Shown here: positions 37,675 through 48,865 of the stretch, piece after piece
How the letters are laid out: every line of letters begins with the position of its first letter
Position numbering within the stretch: the stretch's first letter is position 1
DNA from: a bacterium
GTDB lineage: Bacteria > UBA8248
Direction: 5' to 3'
DNA length: 64,000 bases
Assembly: GCA_965221165.1 (NCBI GenBank)
Contig: CBDCRP010000002.1
Span: 512,001 to 576,000, forward strand
Program-made: the position numbers and the translations under genes
The notes under the pieces: generated by a model
Databases searched by the model: none
Seen by the model: the letters and a program-made list of their open reading frames with translations, nothing else
What the model was told of the DNA's origin: nothing

Positions 37675-38403
37675 TCAGTTCGTTCCTCTCGGACCGAAAA
37701 TGGCCGTGCCGATGCGAACGAGGGTTGCTCCCTCCTGTATCGCGACTTCGAAGTCGTTCGACATGCCCATCGACAACTCCTTGACGTGGAAGAACCCGGC
37801 GTTACGGGCCTCATCCCTCAGCTTTCTCAACAACTCGAAATGAGGGCGGCTCTCCTCCGCCCCACGACCCAGTGGAGGGATGCACATCAAGCCAATCACC
37901 CGCAGAGATTCCAGTTCTGACACCTCCCGTACGAGCGTCATCGCATCCACCAGCGAAACCCCTCCCTTTTGGGCTTCTTCCCCCGTATTCACCTGGATGA
38001 AGATTTCCAGCAGGTCCTTCTCCGAAGTATCCACGCGCTTGTTCAGCTCCCACGCGAGAGCAAGTGAATCGACGGATTCCACCACGTCGAACAGTCCAGG
38101 GACGACGCGGGCCTTGTTCCTTTGCAGGCTGCCGATGAGATGCCACTTCACTCTGCCCGCGATTTCAGGGTCAATATCGTCCTTTTTACGCTGGGCTTCC
38201 TGCACACGGTTCTCCCCCAGAATATCGACGCCCGCCTCGATGGCTTCTACGACGCGCTCGGGGGGCTGCGTCTTACTGACGGCCAGAAGGCGAATTTCAT
38301 CGGGATTTCGGCCAGAGGCGAAGGCGGCATCCGCTACGCGCCCCTTCACCATCCCGTATCGTTCTCGAATCACATCCATCGCTTTCCTCATGAGCCTATC
38401 CAT
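37675..38403 (-). CDS. yggS: PLP homeostasis protein
   Basis: AVSKT, GENRVQE, WHLIGSLQRNK, SMGMSND and RIGTAIFG; exact start uncertain. Confidence 0.95.
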   Translation of the reverse strand: MDRLMRKAMDVIRERYGMVKGRVADAAFASGRNPDEIRLLAVSKTQPPERVVEAIEAGVDILGENRVQEAQRKKDDIDPEIAGRVKWHLIGSLQRNKARVVPGLFDVVESVDSLALAWELNKRVDTSEKDLLEIFIQVNTGEEAQKGGVSLVDAMTLVREVSELESLRVIGLMCIPPLGRGAEESRPHFELLRKLRDEARNAGFFHVKELSMGMSNDFEVAIQEGATLVRIGTAIFGPRGTN

Positions 38404-39185
38404 ATCACCGACAACAACCGTCCCGTGGGTGGTCCGTCGCGGCGGTAGGAGAAAAGTCGCGATGATTCAGAGAAAGTGCAAGGCCCCGGCGCGCCAATCT
38501 GGTTTTCCGGAATCCCCGCCGACGTCAACTGAAGCCTCGCCGCACGGGGCAGATTCAGCAGCCATTTGCCTTGCCCCAAGGGTACCGTGAAATCTTTCCA
38601 GTTTCGGTACTGCGCGCGAAACGGCGGCAAACACTCCTCTCCCACCTCGTAGCGATTCCCTGAAATGGCGGGGCCGAGCGCGGCCCGTAAATCCCGGGGC
38701 TCACACCCGTATTCCTGCTTCATCCGCTCAATCGTCCTGGGCAAAACTCCGTCGGCCACACCCTTTCGCCCCGCATGAACGGCAGCGACGGCCATTTTCC
38801 GGGCATCCGCGATGAGTACGGGAATGCAATCCGCGGTCTGAACCGCCAGCCCCAGACCCGAAACATTCGTAATCAAGGCGTCGCCACACGCTTTTTCATC
38901 GGGGGAAACATCCTCGGCCACGAGGACATCGCTCCCGTGCACTTGTTTTATTTCCACCAGGCGTCCCGACGGAAATTGGGCGGCTTCAAAAAAACGCCTT
39001 CTGTTTTCAGCCACATTTTTGGGGGCTTCGCCCTTCGAGCGCCCTAAATTCAAGGAACGGAAGCTTCCCTCGCTCACCCCTCCCTTTCGGGTGCTGAACG
39101 CGTGACGCAAAAAGTCAAGTTCTCCGAGCAGGGGCGACCTGAAAAACTCAACGCCGCCGGCTTCCCGGCCCTCCAAAGAATTCAT
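38388..39185 (-). CDS. pgeF: peptidoglycan editing factor / purine nucleoside phosphorylase YfiH
   Basis: TRKGGVS, QVHG, TADCIP, HAG and FSYRR. Confidence 0.92.
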   Translation of the reverse strand: MNSLEGREAGGVEFFRSPLLGELDFLRHAFSTRKGGVSEGSFRSLNLGRSKGEAPKNVAENRRRFFEAAQFPSGRLVEIKQVHGSDVLVAEDVSPDEKACGDALITNVSGLGLAVQTADCIPVLIADARKMAVAAVHAGRKGVADGVLPRTIERMKQEYGCEPRDLRAALGPAISGNRYEVGEECLPPFRAQYRNWKDFTVPLGQGKWLLNLPRAARLQLTSAGIPENQIGAPGPCTFSESSRLFSYRRDGPPTGRLLSVIWIGS

Positions 39186-39326
39186 TTGCGACTCATTCCG
39201 GCCGGCGAGAAATCATAGAACATAGCTGAACAAACCCCTTGGATGAGGGATGACGAAACACCGCCAGTCGCCATCGGCGCGGACGAATCATCTCCTATGG
39301 ACGAATATGCCCTTCGCACGATTCTC

Positions 39327-39355
39327 ATTATAAGGAGAGGCTGGTGAAGCTACAA
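39327..39355 (-). promoter_or_regulatory. sigma70-type promoter for the pgeF-mtnA genes
   Basis: TTGTAG-N17-TATAAT on the minus strand in the ftsZ-pgeF gap. Confidence 0.6.
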
Positions 39356-39387
39356 GAAACGAGCACTTGCTTTCCAGGATGGCGGGG

Positions 39388-39413
39388 CTGGGGGAGAATG
39401 GACTCTCCCCCAG
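39388..39413 (-). other. perfect 10-bp stem-loop downstream of ftsZ
   Basis: ctgggggaga-atggac-tctcccccag; no U-tract. Confidence 0.5.
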
Positions 39414-39480
39414 TCGTGTCCATGGGGAATGCGTCGCCGAGCGCGAGAGAGGTCCTCCCGGCCAAACGACGTTGGGGGGT

Positions 39481-40629
39481 TTAGTCAACCTGCTTGCGCA
39501 GGAAGGTGGGCACGTCCAGATCGTCATCCTCCAACTCATACGGAACACCCGATTGCGGCTTATTGTTTTTCAGGCGGATATATGCCGGAACCGAGATTTT
39601 TCCGCCCTCGGTGCCTGTGGCTTCCGCTCCCAGAGGGGGAACTTCGCGAATCGATTCCCGCCCAAAGCCCGTCGCGATGACGGTCACGCAAATCTCGTTT
39701 TCCATGTTCGCGTCAATCACCGAACCGAAAATGATATTGGCTTCATGGTGCGCTTTTTCATGGACGAGTTTGCAGGCCTCGTTCACCTCGAAGAGCGAGA
39801 GATCTTTGCCACCGGAGATGTTGATAAGCACACCCCGGGAACCCTCGATGGTTCCCTCTTCGAGCAACGGACTGTTGATGGCGTTTTGCGCGGCGATGAC
39901 GGCGCGATTTTCACCCTGGCCCGTACCACTACCCATAAGCGCCTTGCCGCCCATATCGCGCATGACGGTGCGCACGTCGGCGAAGTCGAGATTGATCAGA
40001 CCAGGCGTGGTGATGAGGTCGGCAATTCCCTTGCAGGCCTGCAACAAGACGTTGTTCGCCTTCTCGAAAGCCTCCGTCATGGGTGTCGAACGCTCAACCA
40101 TTCCCAGGAGACGCTGGTTGGGGATGGTGATGAGCGTATTCACGGCATCGCGCAACTCCTCAATCCCCTCTTCGGCCTGATGCATCCGACGCGGCCCCTC
40201 GAACTCGAAGGGCTTGGTAACGACTCCCACCGTCAGCACACCCGCTTCTTTCGCGATGCGCGCGAGGACGGGAGCGGCCCCCGTGCCCGTGCCGCCGCCC
40301 ATGCCAGCGGTGACGAACACCATTTCCAGGTTCTGCATGAAATCCGATAGCCGCTCGGTGTCCTCCAAGGCGGCTTTTCTGCCGATTTCCGGGTTTCCGC
40401 CAGCCCCCAGTCCGTTCGTCAATTCATTGCCAAGCTGAATTTTGTCGGACGCGAGAGAGCGCTCCAAAACCTGGGCGTCCGTGTTGGCGGCTACGAACTG
40501 AACGCCCTCCATGCCCGATGAAATCATGGTATTGACGGCGTTGCCTCCGCCACCGCCTACGCCGACGACAGCGATTCTCGCGCTACATGGCGTTTCCTGC
40601 TCCAATTCAAAAAATGTCGATTCACTCAT
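39481..40629 (-). CDS. ftsZ: cell division protein FtsZ
   Basis: [16 protein letters not shown] and C-terminal DVPTFLRK. Confidence 0.98.
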   Translation of the reverse strand: MSESTFFELEQETPCSARIAVVGVGGGGGNAVNTMISSGMEGVQFVAANTDAQVLERSLASDKIQLGNELTNGLGAGGNPEIGRKAALEDTERLSDFMQNLEMVFVTAGMGGGTGTGAAPVLARIAKEAGVLTVGVVTKPFEFEGPRRMHQAEEGIEELRDAVNTLITIPNQRLLGMVERSTPMTEAFEKANNVLLQACKGIADLITTPGLINLDFADVRTVMRDMGGKALMGSGTGQGENRAVIAAQNAINSPLLEEGTIEGSRGVLINISGGKDLSLFEVNEACKLVHEKAHHEANIIFGSVIDANMENEICVTVIATGFGRESIREVPPLGAEATGTEGGKISVPAYIRLKNNKPQSGVPYELEDDDLDVPTFLRKQVD

Positions 40630-40676
40630 TTTCCCCCCCTTCGATCCTGGAAAGCGCACCCCGCTCCCCTCTATGA

Positions 40677-41918
40677 TCATTTGAATACACTAGCCAAAAC
40701 ATGGCGGATTCTTTCAGTTGTTTGACGGATTGGGCCATTCGAAACCCCGGTCGTGAGACCGCGGCGCTTTGGGACGCCGGTTTTCATGGCATATTTCACG
40801 AGGCCCACGGCGGTGGAGTACATGGGTCCGTTTACCATATCCACCAACCCGCTTATGCCGCCGGGAACACCGAGCCTTACCGGAAGCTGAAGCACGCCCT
40901 CGGCCAGTTCCTCGGCGCTCTCGATGATGCTCGCTCCACCCGTGAGCACAACGCCAGCGGGGAGGAGATCCTCCATGCCGCTTTTTTGGATCTCGCGTCG
41001 GATGAGCGTCAGTATCTCCTCCATACGGGGTTCGATGATCTCGGCGAGCATCTGCCGGCTCAACACGCGCGGCGCGCGACCACCCACACTGGGCACTTCG
41101 ATCTCCTCATCGTGCGATACCTGGGCGGCGAGGGCACAGCCGTATTCCTGCTTGATTCTCTCCGCCTGATAGTCCGGTGTCCTCAAACCTATCGCGATAT
41201 CCCTCGTAATGTGGTTGCCGCCCACGGGAACGACGGCCGAATAGCGCAGCGCGCCCGCACTGATGACGGCGATGTCTGCGGTGCCGCTTCCAATGTCCAC
41301 GATGGCCACGCCCAGGTCACGCTCATCATCGCTCAGGGCGGCCAGCGACGAGGCGAAAGGCTGAAGAACCAGACGCTCGACGCTCAAGCCCGCCCTTTCG
41401 ACGCTACGGGTGATGTTCTGAATTGCGGGAATCGCGCCCGTCACGACGTGGACCTTGCACTCCAGGCGCACACCAGCCATTCCCGCGGGCTCTGTGACGC
41501 CTTCTTGTTCATCGACGATATATTCCTGTGGCAGGACATGGATGATTTCGTGATCCGTCGGCATCGTGACCGCGCGCGCCTGCTCGACGACACGGTCGAT
41601 ATCCTCTTGCGTCACAATCTTGTTTTTAATCGCCACGATGCCGTTGGTGTTGAAACTGCGAATGTGTCCCCCCGCCACACCGACGAACGCAGACCGTATG
41701 GGCGAACCGCTGATGAACTCCGCCTCTCCCACCGCCGTTTGAACTGACTCCACCGTCTGATCGATATTCACCACTGAGCCCCGGTTGAGTCCTTTCGAGG
41801 CGGTTTTTCCCAAACCTACGATTTCAAGCGAGCCATCTTCACTCACCTCGGCAACGACCACACAGATTTTCGAGGTGCCGATATCCAGGCCCACCAGCAC
41901 ATCGCCTTGTTTGCTCAT
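40677..41918 (-). CDS. ftsA: cell division protein FtsA
   Basis: [14 protein letters not shown] and VLTGG. Confidence 0.97.
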   Translation of the reverse strand: MSKQGDVLVGLDIGTSKICVVVAEVSEDGSLEIVGLGKTASKGLNRGSVVNIDQTVESVQTAVGEAEFISGSPIRSAFVGVAGGHIRSFNTNGIVAIKNKIVTQEDIDRVVEQARAVTMPTDHEIIHVLPQEYIVDEQEGVTEPAGMAGVRLECKVHVVTGAIPAIQNITRSVERAGLSVERLVLQPFASSLAALSDDERDLGVAIVDIGSGTADIAVISAGALRYSAVVPVGGNHITRDIAIGLRTPDYQAERIKQEYGCALAAQVSHDEEIEVPSVGGRAPRVLSRQMLAEIIEPRMEEILTLIRREIQKSGMEDLLPAGVVLTGGASIIESAEELAEGVLQLPVRLGVPGGISGLVDMVNGPMYSTAVGLVKYAMKTGVPKRRGLTTGVSNGPIRQTTERIRHVLASVFK

Positions 41919-42805
41919 CCTATTCTCCCTCCATCCTCTGTGAGCGGCCGAACGATAACCCTGCCCGGAAATCTCAGATCGAACCGGAGGCCGCCCGCCC
42001 CGAATTTCTCATGGCGGAGAACGTTGCCCGCAACGGCCCGGAGCCGACCGGCTTGACTCTCCATCTTCTCTTCACTCACCATAATTTCTACCTTTCCCCC
42101 CAAAGCGCGAAGCCGGAGTTCACCCGATCCGGTATTGCGGACAGAAATGCAACTGCGGCGAATCACCGGAGAATCATGGAATAAAACGACCGCTTCCATG
42201 GAGCGCGCGAAACGCGTGTCCCGAACCGAGTCGCCCGGCCGTAAAGGTCTCGAAGAGATTTCCTCAATCATGGGCAAGCATCTCGCGAGCGGCGTTATCA
42301 GTTTGCCGAGCACAACACCATCCTCATCCACCGCGAGAGTCTCATCACCCGTGATCAATGCGGCGGGTTTGCGCTCGAGGATGTCGACCTGGAGGAAATG
42401 GGGCGGGCGCATGCGCACGCGCGCGCGCTTTATCCACGGATGAGAAGCCACCCTGGTGCGCACGGCCTCCAGGTTAGCGTTGAATATGTTCGACCCCGGC
42501 TCGAGCGCTACGAGTTTTATGATTCCCTCGGGGCGAAGCGCCTGGTGTCCCACCACTACCACCTTGCTCAATTCGAAATGCCGGCTGCTCTTCGCCCACC
42601 GGATCGCGTGCCCGCCCAGAAGGAGCACTTCCACTAAAACCAAAAAGCCAATCGCGGGCCATAGCCAATTCCCGCCTTGCCTTTCGTTGTCGTCTCGTTT
42701 GATCTTCTCTCTGATGGCGCCTGCATATTCCGTCGCCTGAGCAAGGTTCAGGATAACCTCCCGGTTCTTCGTTGCCCGTCTCCACTTGAACGATAGACGA
42801 CTCAT
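41915..42805 (-). CDS. ftsQ: cell division protein FtsQ/DivIB
   Basis: Single TM, POTRA (HPWI..ERKP) and DLRF; position before ftsA. Confidence 0.88.
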   Translation of the reverse strand: MSRLSFKWRRATKNREVILNLAQATEYAGAIREKIKRDDNERQGGNWLWPAIGFLVLVEVLLLGGHAIRWAKSSRHFELSKVVVVGHQALRPEGIIKLVALEPGSNIFNANLEAVRTRVASHPWIKRARVRMRPPHFLQVDILERKPAALITGDETLAVDEDGVVLGKLITPLARCLPMIEEISSRPLRPGDSVRDTRFARSMEAVVLFHDSPVIRRSCISVRNTGSGELRLRALGGKVEIMVSEEKMESQAGRLRAVAGNVLRHEKFGAGGLRFDLRFPGRVIVRPLTEDGGRIG

Positions 42806-43755
42806 TCCGGGTCCTCCCCGATCACGTTCAATTCCAGGGTCAATTCGATGCCCTTTTGTTCTAAAATCACTTTCTTGACTTCGTCGATGAGCGCCAGAAC
42901 ATCCGCCGCCGTGGCCCCGCCGAGATTCACCATGAAATTTCCGTGCACTTCGCTCACCTGCGCGCCACCGACTCGCATCCCCTTGAGGCCCGCCGATTCG
43001 ATGAGCACACCTGCGCGCCCACCGACCGGATTCTTGAATACGGAGCCCGCGCAGGGCACCCCCCAGGGCTGACGCTCACGCCTTTGAACGGCGCTTCGCC
43101 TCAATTGGTCCCTCAATTCACCGGCGTCCGCCGGTCGGAGCAAGAAGCGAACGGACAACACTACACCGGGTTCGGGCAACTCGGAGCGCCGGTATGAGAA
43201 ACGCAGATTTTTCGCGGAGAGCCACTCGGGAGCACCATCACCGAGAGGCACCCAGCGAATGCTCTCCACGGCATCCTGGATATATGATTCCGCTGTGCCC
43301 GCATTCATGGCCAGCGCGCCTCCCACGGTGCCGGGAACCCCCGCCAGACATTCGGTTCCCGCCCAGCCACGCTCGGCGGCGAAGCGAACCAGCGTGGGAA
43401 TCTTCTCTCCCGCGCGCGCTTCGAGCAGGATGCGCTCTCTGCTCTCCTCGATCACCTCAATCCCCCTGAAATCTTTGGGAAAAGCGATGACCACCCCGCG
43501 AACGCCTCCATCGCGCACCAAGGTGTTGGCACCGCCTCCCAAAATCGTGACCGGAAATGCCTCGCTCCGGCATCTCTCAATCAACTCCACCAGTTCGTCT
43601 TCCGTCTCGGGCAGCGCGAGGGCGTCTGCAGCGCCACCCACCTGAAACGTGGTGTAAGCGGCCAGCATTTCATCGAAAATGATCTCGCAATCGAGACCTT
43701 TCAGCTTTTCCGCAATCTCAAGCGCCATTACTTCCTCCGCCAACCGAACGTTCAT
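42802..43755 (-). CDS. murB: UDP-N-acetylmuramate dehydrogenase
   Basis: PGTVGGA..MNAG, FSYR, AGSVFKNP and HGNF. Confidence 0.96.
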   Translation of the reverse strand: MNVRLAEEVMALEIAEKLKGLDCEIIFDEMLAAYTTFQVGGAADALALPETEDELVELIERCRSEAFPVTILGGGANTLVRDGGVRGVVIAFPKDFRGIEVIEESRERILLEARAGEKIPTLVRFAAERGWAGTECLAGVPGTVGGALAMNAGTAESYIQDAVESIRWVPLGDGAPEWLSAKNLRFSYRRSELPEPGVVLSVRFLLRPADAGELRDQLRRSAVQRRERQPWGVPCAGSVFKNPVGGRAGVLIESAGLKGMRVGGAQVSEVHGNFMVNLGGATAADVLALIDEVKKVILEQKGIELTLELNVIGEDPE

Positions 43756-45182
43756 CCCACTTCCTCGGATTTTTCGTCTCCCCGCTCGAGTTGTCCGAGC
43801 AACTCGCGGCTCACCTTCCAGACGTCGCCCGCTCCCAGCGTGAGAACGATGTCCCCTGCCCTCACTTCTTCGAACAAGCGATGTGAGGCCTCCTCCAATC
43901 CGCCCACCGCATCACAGCTTCTGTGTCCATGCGCCCTGATTCCCTCGGCGAGCTTTACCGAATTTACGCCCTCGATGGGCGCCTCGCCGGCGGCGTATAT
44001 GGGTGCGACGAGCACCCTGTCCGCATCATAAAAAGCGGTGTGGAAGGCTTCTTCTAGATGATGCGTTCTCGTGTAGCGATGCGGCTGAAACAACACCACC
44101 AGGCGACTCTCCGGCCAGGCCTCCCGCACGGCCCGGAGCGTGACCCTGATTTCCTGCGGATGATGCCCATAGTCGTCAAAAATCGTGACCTCCGATGATG
44201 CGCCTACTCGCTCCAGTCGACGACCGATGCCGTCGAACTCGTGGAGTCCTCTTTGAATGTCCCCGAAGGAGACGTCGAGTTCCAACGAAACGGCGGTGGC
44301 GGCCAAGGCGTTGTCCGCGTTGTGGCGGCCGGGCATGAGGAGGCGAATCTCACCGAGCCGCTCCCCGTGTCTTTTGACGCAGAAAACCGTCTCGCCGTTT
44401 TCGTAGCGAAACTCCTCGCCCACGTAATCCGCCTGGGTGCCGAATCCATACGTGAAAAACTGCTTCTCCACCCGGGGGATGATCTCCTGAATCGCCGGAT
44501 GATCCAGGCACAAGACGGAAAAACCATAGAAGGGCACCTTATTCACAAACTCCAGGAATGCGGTTTTGATGGCGTCGTAATTATCGTAAAAATCCAGATG
44601 CTCCTCATCGATATTCGTCACAATCGCAATCGTGGGCGTAAGCCTGAGAAACGTGCCGTCACTCTCATCGGCTTCCGCCACCAGATATTCGCCCTCGCCC
44701 ATTCGCGCATTCGAGCCCAGAGCGTTGATGCGCCCCCCCACGACAACAGTGGGGTCGAGGCCGCCGGCCGCCAGGGCGGCCGCGATAAAGGAGGTGGTGG
44801 TCGTCTTGCCATGGGTTCCCGCCACGCCGATGCTGTATTTCATGCGCATGAGTTCGGACAACATCTCCGCGCGCTTGATGACGGGGATTTTCCGGCGCCT
44901 TGCTTCCGCGACCTCTACATTCTCGCCCGTGACCGCCGAGCTGTAGACCAAAACGTCCACTCCCGCCACGTTTTCCTTTTTGTGTCCCAGAACCACCTTG
45001 GCGCCCAGGCCGCGAAGCCTGAATATCGCCTCGTTACTCGCGATGTCCGAACCGCTGATTTCATAGCCCAGGTTCAGCAAGACCTCGGCGATGCCGCACA
45101 TGCCCGTGCCGCCGATGCCCACGAAATGAACGCGGCTCGAGTGCCTGAACATGGCGTGCGTGGCGTATGGTCGCGCTATCAC
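43752..45182 (-). CDS. murC: UDP-N-acetylmuramate--L-alanine ligase
   Basis: GIGGTGM, GTHGKTTT, EADESD, DDYGHHP and FQPHRY; start GTG 45182 or ATG 45152. Confidence 0.97.
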   Translation of the reverse strand: MIARPYATHAMFRHSSRVHFVGIGGTGMCGIAEVLLNLGYEISGSDIASNEAIFRLRGLGAKVVLGHKKENVAGVDVLVYSSAVTGENVEVAEARRRKIPVIKRAEMLSELMRMKYSIGVAGTHGKTTTTSFIAAALAAGGLDPTVVVGGRINALGSNARMGEGEYLVAEADESDGTFLRLTPTIAIVTNIDEEHLDFYDNYDAIKTAFLEFVNKVPFYGFSVLCLDHPAIQEIIPRVEKQFFTYGFGTQADYVGEEFRYENGETVFCVKRHGERLGEIRLLMPGRHNADNALAATAVSLELDVSFGDIQRGLHEFDGIGRRLERVGASSEVTIFDDYGHHPQEIRVTLRAVREAWPESRLVVLFQPHRYTRTHHLEEAFHTAFYDADRVLVAPIYAAGEAPIEGVNSVKLAEGIRAHGHRSCDAVGGLEEASHRLFEEVRAGDIVLTLGAGDVWKVSRELLGQLERGDEKSEEVG

Positions 45183-45201
45183 TCTCGGGCTCCTTTCCTC
45201 A

Positions 45202-46287
45202 TCACGCCGCCATCGCCTGTTGACGGCACAAAGCGGCCACCGCTTCGGAGGCATTCGTACGGGCCAGGGATTTCGTCCGCTCCGACATCGAGACGAGTTT
45301 CCCCCGCTCCGCTTCGTATTCAATCCAGATATCCGCAAGAACCTGGCCGCTCAAGTCTTTTTGAAGAATCATGCGCGCCGCTTGGCGCTCCGCGAGATAG
45401 CGGGCATTCGCCTCCTGGTGCCCGTGGGTGGCGCTTGGTAGTGGAATCAACACGACCGGTAGGGACATGGCGGACAACTCCGCCACGCTCACGGCCCCCG
45501 CTCGCGAGAAGCACACCTGCGCCCAGCGATAGCGCTCCGCCATGTCGTGCAGATAAGGCGCCACGTCAGCGCACGCGCCGACCTCTTGGTAGGCCGCGCG
45601 CACACGAGAGAAATCCGCCTCGCCCGTCTGATGAACAAACCGTATTCTCTCCAGGGCATCGCCCAATCGGGGCAGCGCCTCCATCACCGCCTCGTTGATG
45701 GCTCGCGCTCCCTGGCTTCCTCCGAATATGAGAACCTTCAAAGGCCCGCCCCAGGAATCCTCGCTGCGCTCGAAATTTTCCGAAAACTCACTCCTGAGCG
45801 GCAGACCTGTTTCGACTATTTTCCCCCGAGCGAAGCCGGCGTCCCGCACGGGCAGTCCCACGGTGACCTTCGACGCCAGGCGGGACAAGAAGCGGTTGGC
45901 CACGCCAGGAACGACATTCTGCTCGATCAAGACGATCGGCTTTCTCCAAAAGCCGGCAGCGGCGACCGCCGGAACGCTGGAATAGCCGCCTACCCCCAGG
46001 ACGACATGGGGCCGAAACCGCCTCAAGATTCCCATCGCCTGGCAGAATCCATAACTCACCATGACCATCGCCTTGGCCCTTTGGCCCACCGAGCGTCCCA
46101 GAACGCCTGCGGAGGAAATCGGCTGAAACGGCAGGTTCTCACGCGGCAGCACCCTGGCCTCGATCCCGCGGGCGGTGCCCACGAACAAAACTTCGTTCGC
46201 CTCTCCGCCAGCCAGCCAAGCCCTGGCCACCGCAATACCCGGGTACAGGTGTCCGCCCGTACCGCCGCCCGCAACGAGGAGTTTCAT
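45202..46287 (-). CDS. murG: lipid II GlcNAc transferase
   Basis: GGGTGGH, EQN, GGSQGA and HQEANA. Confidence 0.96.
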   Translation of the reverse strand: MKLLVAGGGTGGHLYPGIAVARAWLAGGEANEVLFVGTARGIEARVLPRENLPFQPISSAGVLGRSVGQRAKAMVMVSYGFCQAMGILRRFRPHVVLGVGGYSSVPAVAAAGFWRKPIVLIEQNVVPGVANRFLSRLASKVTVGLPVRDAGFARGKIVETGLPLRSEFSENFERSEDSWGGPLKVLIFGGSQGARAINEAVMEALPRLGDALERIRFVHQTGEADFSRVRAAYQEVGACADVAPYLHDMAERYRWAQVCFSRAGAVSVAELSAMSLPVVLIPLPSATHGHQEANARYLAERQAARMILQKDLSGQVLADIWIEYEAERGKLVSMSERTKSLARTNASEAVAALCRQQAMAA

Positions 46288-47471
46288 GAGCGCGCCCTCC
46301 TGCGGAGGACTGGCTTGCGCGCGCGCGAAATCCACCCGACTGCCGCGTCGAGCGGACTCCTCCCCCCCGATTCTCTGGGGGCTTGGTTCGATGATTCTAT
46401 GGAAATCAGCACTCCCAGGGAGATGAGCGTAAACACCATAGACGATCCGCCCAGGCTGATCAGCGGCAGGGGTATGCCCGTGGTGGGCAGAAGGCCCGTC
46501 GCCACCGCCATGTTCAGGAAACCCTGCGCGGTGACCAGAAAAGTCACGCCCGCCGCCAGCAGGGCGCTGAAGGAATCATCGCACCGGATGGATATCTGAA
46601 AACCGCGCCACAACAAGACAACGAACGCCGCCGCGACGCACAAAGCGCCGATGAGCCCCAACTCCTCGCCCACGACCGCGTAGATGAAATCCGTATGAGG
46701 TTCCGGCAAATAGAAGAGTTTTTGCTTGCCCTCGCCCAGACCCAGACCCGCCAGGCCGCCTCGCGCGATGGCCAGCAAAGACTGAATGAGCTGATAGCCC
46801 GCGCCTTTCGCCGCAGCGAAGGGATCCCAAAAGGCAAAAATCCGCTTCATACGCCACGGCGCGAAGACCACCATACCGAGCAGGACGAATCCCGTCGCCA
46901 GCGTGCAAACACCCAGGTGAGACGGCCTCGCGCCCGATAAGTATAAGAGAACGCCGACGACAGCGGCGGTCAGGGTAGCCGTACCCAAATCCGGTTGAAT
47001 CAGAATGAGGCCCAGGATGATTCCCGCGAATCCGACCGGCGGGAGAAATCCGTACATCCAATGATTCAAGCGCTCGCCCTTGAGTGCTAGAAAGTGGGCG
47101 AGAAAAATCACCAACCCCACCTTCGCGGCTTCGGCCGGCTGAAAAGATACGGGCCCCAACATCAGCCACCGGCGCGCACCGCCCGCTTCTTTTCCGATAC
47201 CCGGTGCAAACACCATCAAAAGCACGAGGACCGAGGCGATCATCAAGGGAAATGCGATTTTGCGGAGATGGCGGGGATTGCTTTGGGAGATCGCCAACAT
47301 GCAAACAAACCCGACAATCGCCCATAAAACATGGCGTTTCACGAAATAGAACGCATCGCCGTATCTGTCGAGTGCCAGAATATGGCTCGCGCTGAACACC
47401 ATGACGACGCCGAAAGCCACCAAGCCCAGCGATACGAAAAAGATGACGGGGTCAATCCGTTTCTGGATCAA
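46284..47471 (-). CDS. ftsW: peptidoglycan polymerase FtsW
   Basis: QPDLGT, GYQLIQS and LPEPHTDFI. Confidence 0.96.
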   Translation of the reverse strand: MIQKRIDPVIFFVSLGLVAFGVVMVFSASHILALDRYGDAFYFVKRHVLWAIVGFVCMLAISQSNPRHLRKIAFPLMIASVLVLLMVFAPGIGKEAGGARRWLMLGPVSFQPAEAAKVGLVIFLAHFLALKGERLNHWMYGFLPPVGFAGIILGLILIQPDLGTATLTAAVVGVLLYLSGARPSHLGVCTLATGFVLLGMVVFAPWRMKRIFAFWDPFAAAKGAGYQLIQSLLAIARGGLAGLGLGEGKQKLFYLPEPHTDFIYAVVGEELGLIGALCVAAAFVVLLWRGFQISIRCDDSFSALLAAGVTFLVTAQGFLNMAVATGLLPTTGIPLPLISLGGSSMVFTLISLGVLISIESSNQAPRESGGRSPLDAAVGWISRARKPVLRRRARS

Positions 47472-48865
47472 TTCTCACCCCTCCCCATCAATTCCTGAAC
47501 CATTTGACGAAACACGTCGCCTCGTTGGGCATAGTCGCGAAACTGATCGAAACTCGAACAAGCAGGCGAGAGAAGAACCGTATCGCCCCCTTTCGCCTCC
47601 TCGTGGGAGATGCGCACGGCTTCGTCCAGCGTTTTCGCGTAGACGATCGGCGCGCAGCCATCGAAAAAACGGCCAAAGCGTCCCGCCGCCTCGCCGATGA
47701 GAATCATTCGCCGGACTTTCTTCTCCACCATGGCGCTCAAGGGTGTCAGGTCACTTCCCTTATCCACACCCCCGGCGATGAGCAGTACGCTCCCCGCCAG
47801 ACTCTTCAGACTCATCGTCGTAGCTCCCACGTTGGTTCCCTTGGAATCGTTCACCCAGCGAACGCCGTTCATCTCGCCCACGACCTCCATGCGGTGGGGC
47901 AATCCCTCGAAGCTGCGCGCCACACGCGCCATCGCACCCACGTCTACGCCCAGAAAACGGGCAGCCGCGCACGCCGCCAAAAAATTCTCCAGGTTATGAA
48001 GCCCGCGAACCCGCAGGTCGCCCGCGCCGCAAACGTAGGCCGAGCCAGCCTCCTCGGCCAGAAATACGTCGCCGTTCTCGACATAAGCGCCCCGGTGTAC
48101 GGGTCCTTTTCGGCTAAACGCCATGACGCTTTGCGCGCCAGGGGTCATATATCGAGCCGTCAAGGGATCGTCGGCATTCAGAATTTTGACGTCCCCCTCA
48201 CCCTGGTTGGCGAACAACCTCGATTTAATATCCGCATATTCATGAATATCCGGGTGCCGATCCAGATGATCGGGCGTTACGTTGGTCATCACCCCTACTT
48301 TCGGCTTGATCGTGGGCGCCCATTCGAGTTGAAAACTGCTCACCTCACCGACGACGAAGTCAGCTCCATCCCCTTCGGCTTCCACCACCTCGACGAGCGC
48401 CCTTCCGATGTTTCCGCCCACCGGTGCGCGAAAACCACTTTCCTCCAAAATTCTCCCCAGCATGATGGTGACCGTCGTCTTGCCATTGGTTCCGGTGACT
48501 GCGGCGATGGGTACGGGGCACAGGCGACAGGCGAGTTCTACCTCGCCGATGACCTCCGAGCCGGACGCCTTCGCCAGGGCGATATAGCGATTCGTCGCCG
48601 GAATACCCGGGCTCACGACCAGCAAATCACACTCCTCGAAACACGCCTCGCTATGGCCGCCGAGTTCGAGAACCACGTCTGAGGGCAAACGCTCGGCCAA
48701 GCCCGGAATATCTTCCAGGTCCGTGGCCACCACCTTTGCGCCCAGCCGCGCCAAGACCCCCGCCGCGGCAATCCCGCTCCTCGCCATTCCCATGACGAGC
48801 GCTCGCCGCGCGGGCAGGGCTTCTATCCACGCTGTGGCCTTGTTCTCCAAAGCAATATTCCTCAT
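47468..48865 (-). CDS. murD: UDP-MurNAc-L-Ala--D-Glu ligase
   Basis: GTNGKTT, EVSSFQL, DHLDRH, NDSKGTN and LSPACSSFDQF; start at MRNIAL. Confidence 0.96.
   Translation of the reverse strand: MRNIALENKATAWIEALPARRALVMGMARSGIAAAGVLARLGAKVVATDLEDIPGLAERLPSDVVLELGGHSEACFEECDLLVVSPGIPATNRYIALAKASGSEVIGEVELACRLCPVPIAAVTGTNGKTTVTIMLGRILEESGFRAPVGGNIGRALVEVVEAEGDGADFVVGEVSSFQLEWAPTIKPKVGVMTNVTPDHLDRHPDIHEYADIKSRLFANQGEGDVKILNADDPLTARYMTPGAQSVMAFSRKGPVHRGAYVENGDVFLAEEAGSAYVCGAGDLRVRGLHNLENFLAACAAARFLGVDVGAMARVARSFEGLPHRMEVVGEMNGVRWVNDSKGTNVGATTMSLKSLAGSVLLIAGGVDKGSDLTPLSAMVEKKVRRMILIGEAAGRFGRFFDGCAPIVYAKTLDEAVRISHEEAKGGDTVLLSPACSSFDQFRDYAQRGDVFRQMVQELMGRGEN

Noticed and set aside
39380-39390. 11-bp match (TGGCGGGGCTG) to the tRNA-Asp 3' end
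   Set aside because: Too short, on the wrong side of the tRNA for an att duplicate, and would enclose only core genes
44241-45698. 485-aa plus-strand ORF, and similar long ORFs at 12047-13204, 16095-17108, 40701-41747 and 47504-48682
   Set aside because: Antisense to well-supported genes; expected in high-GC DNA
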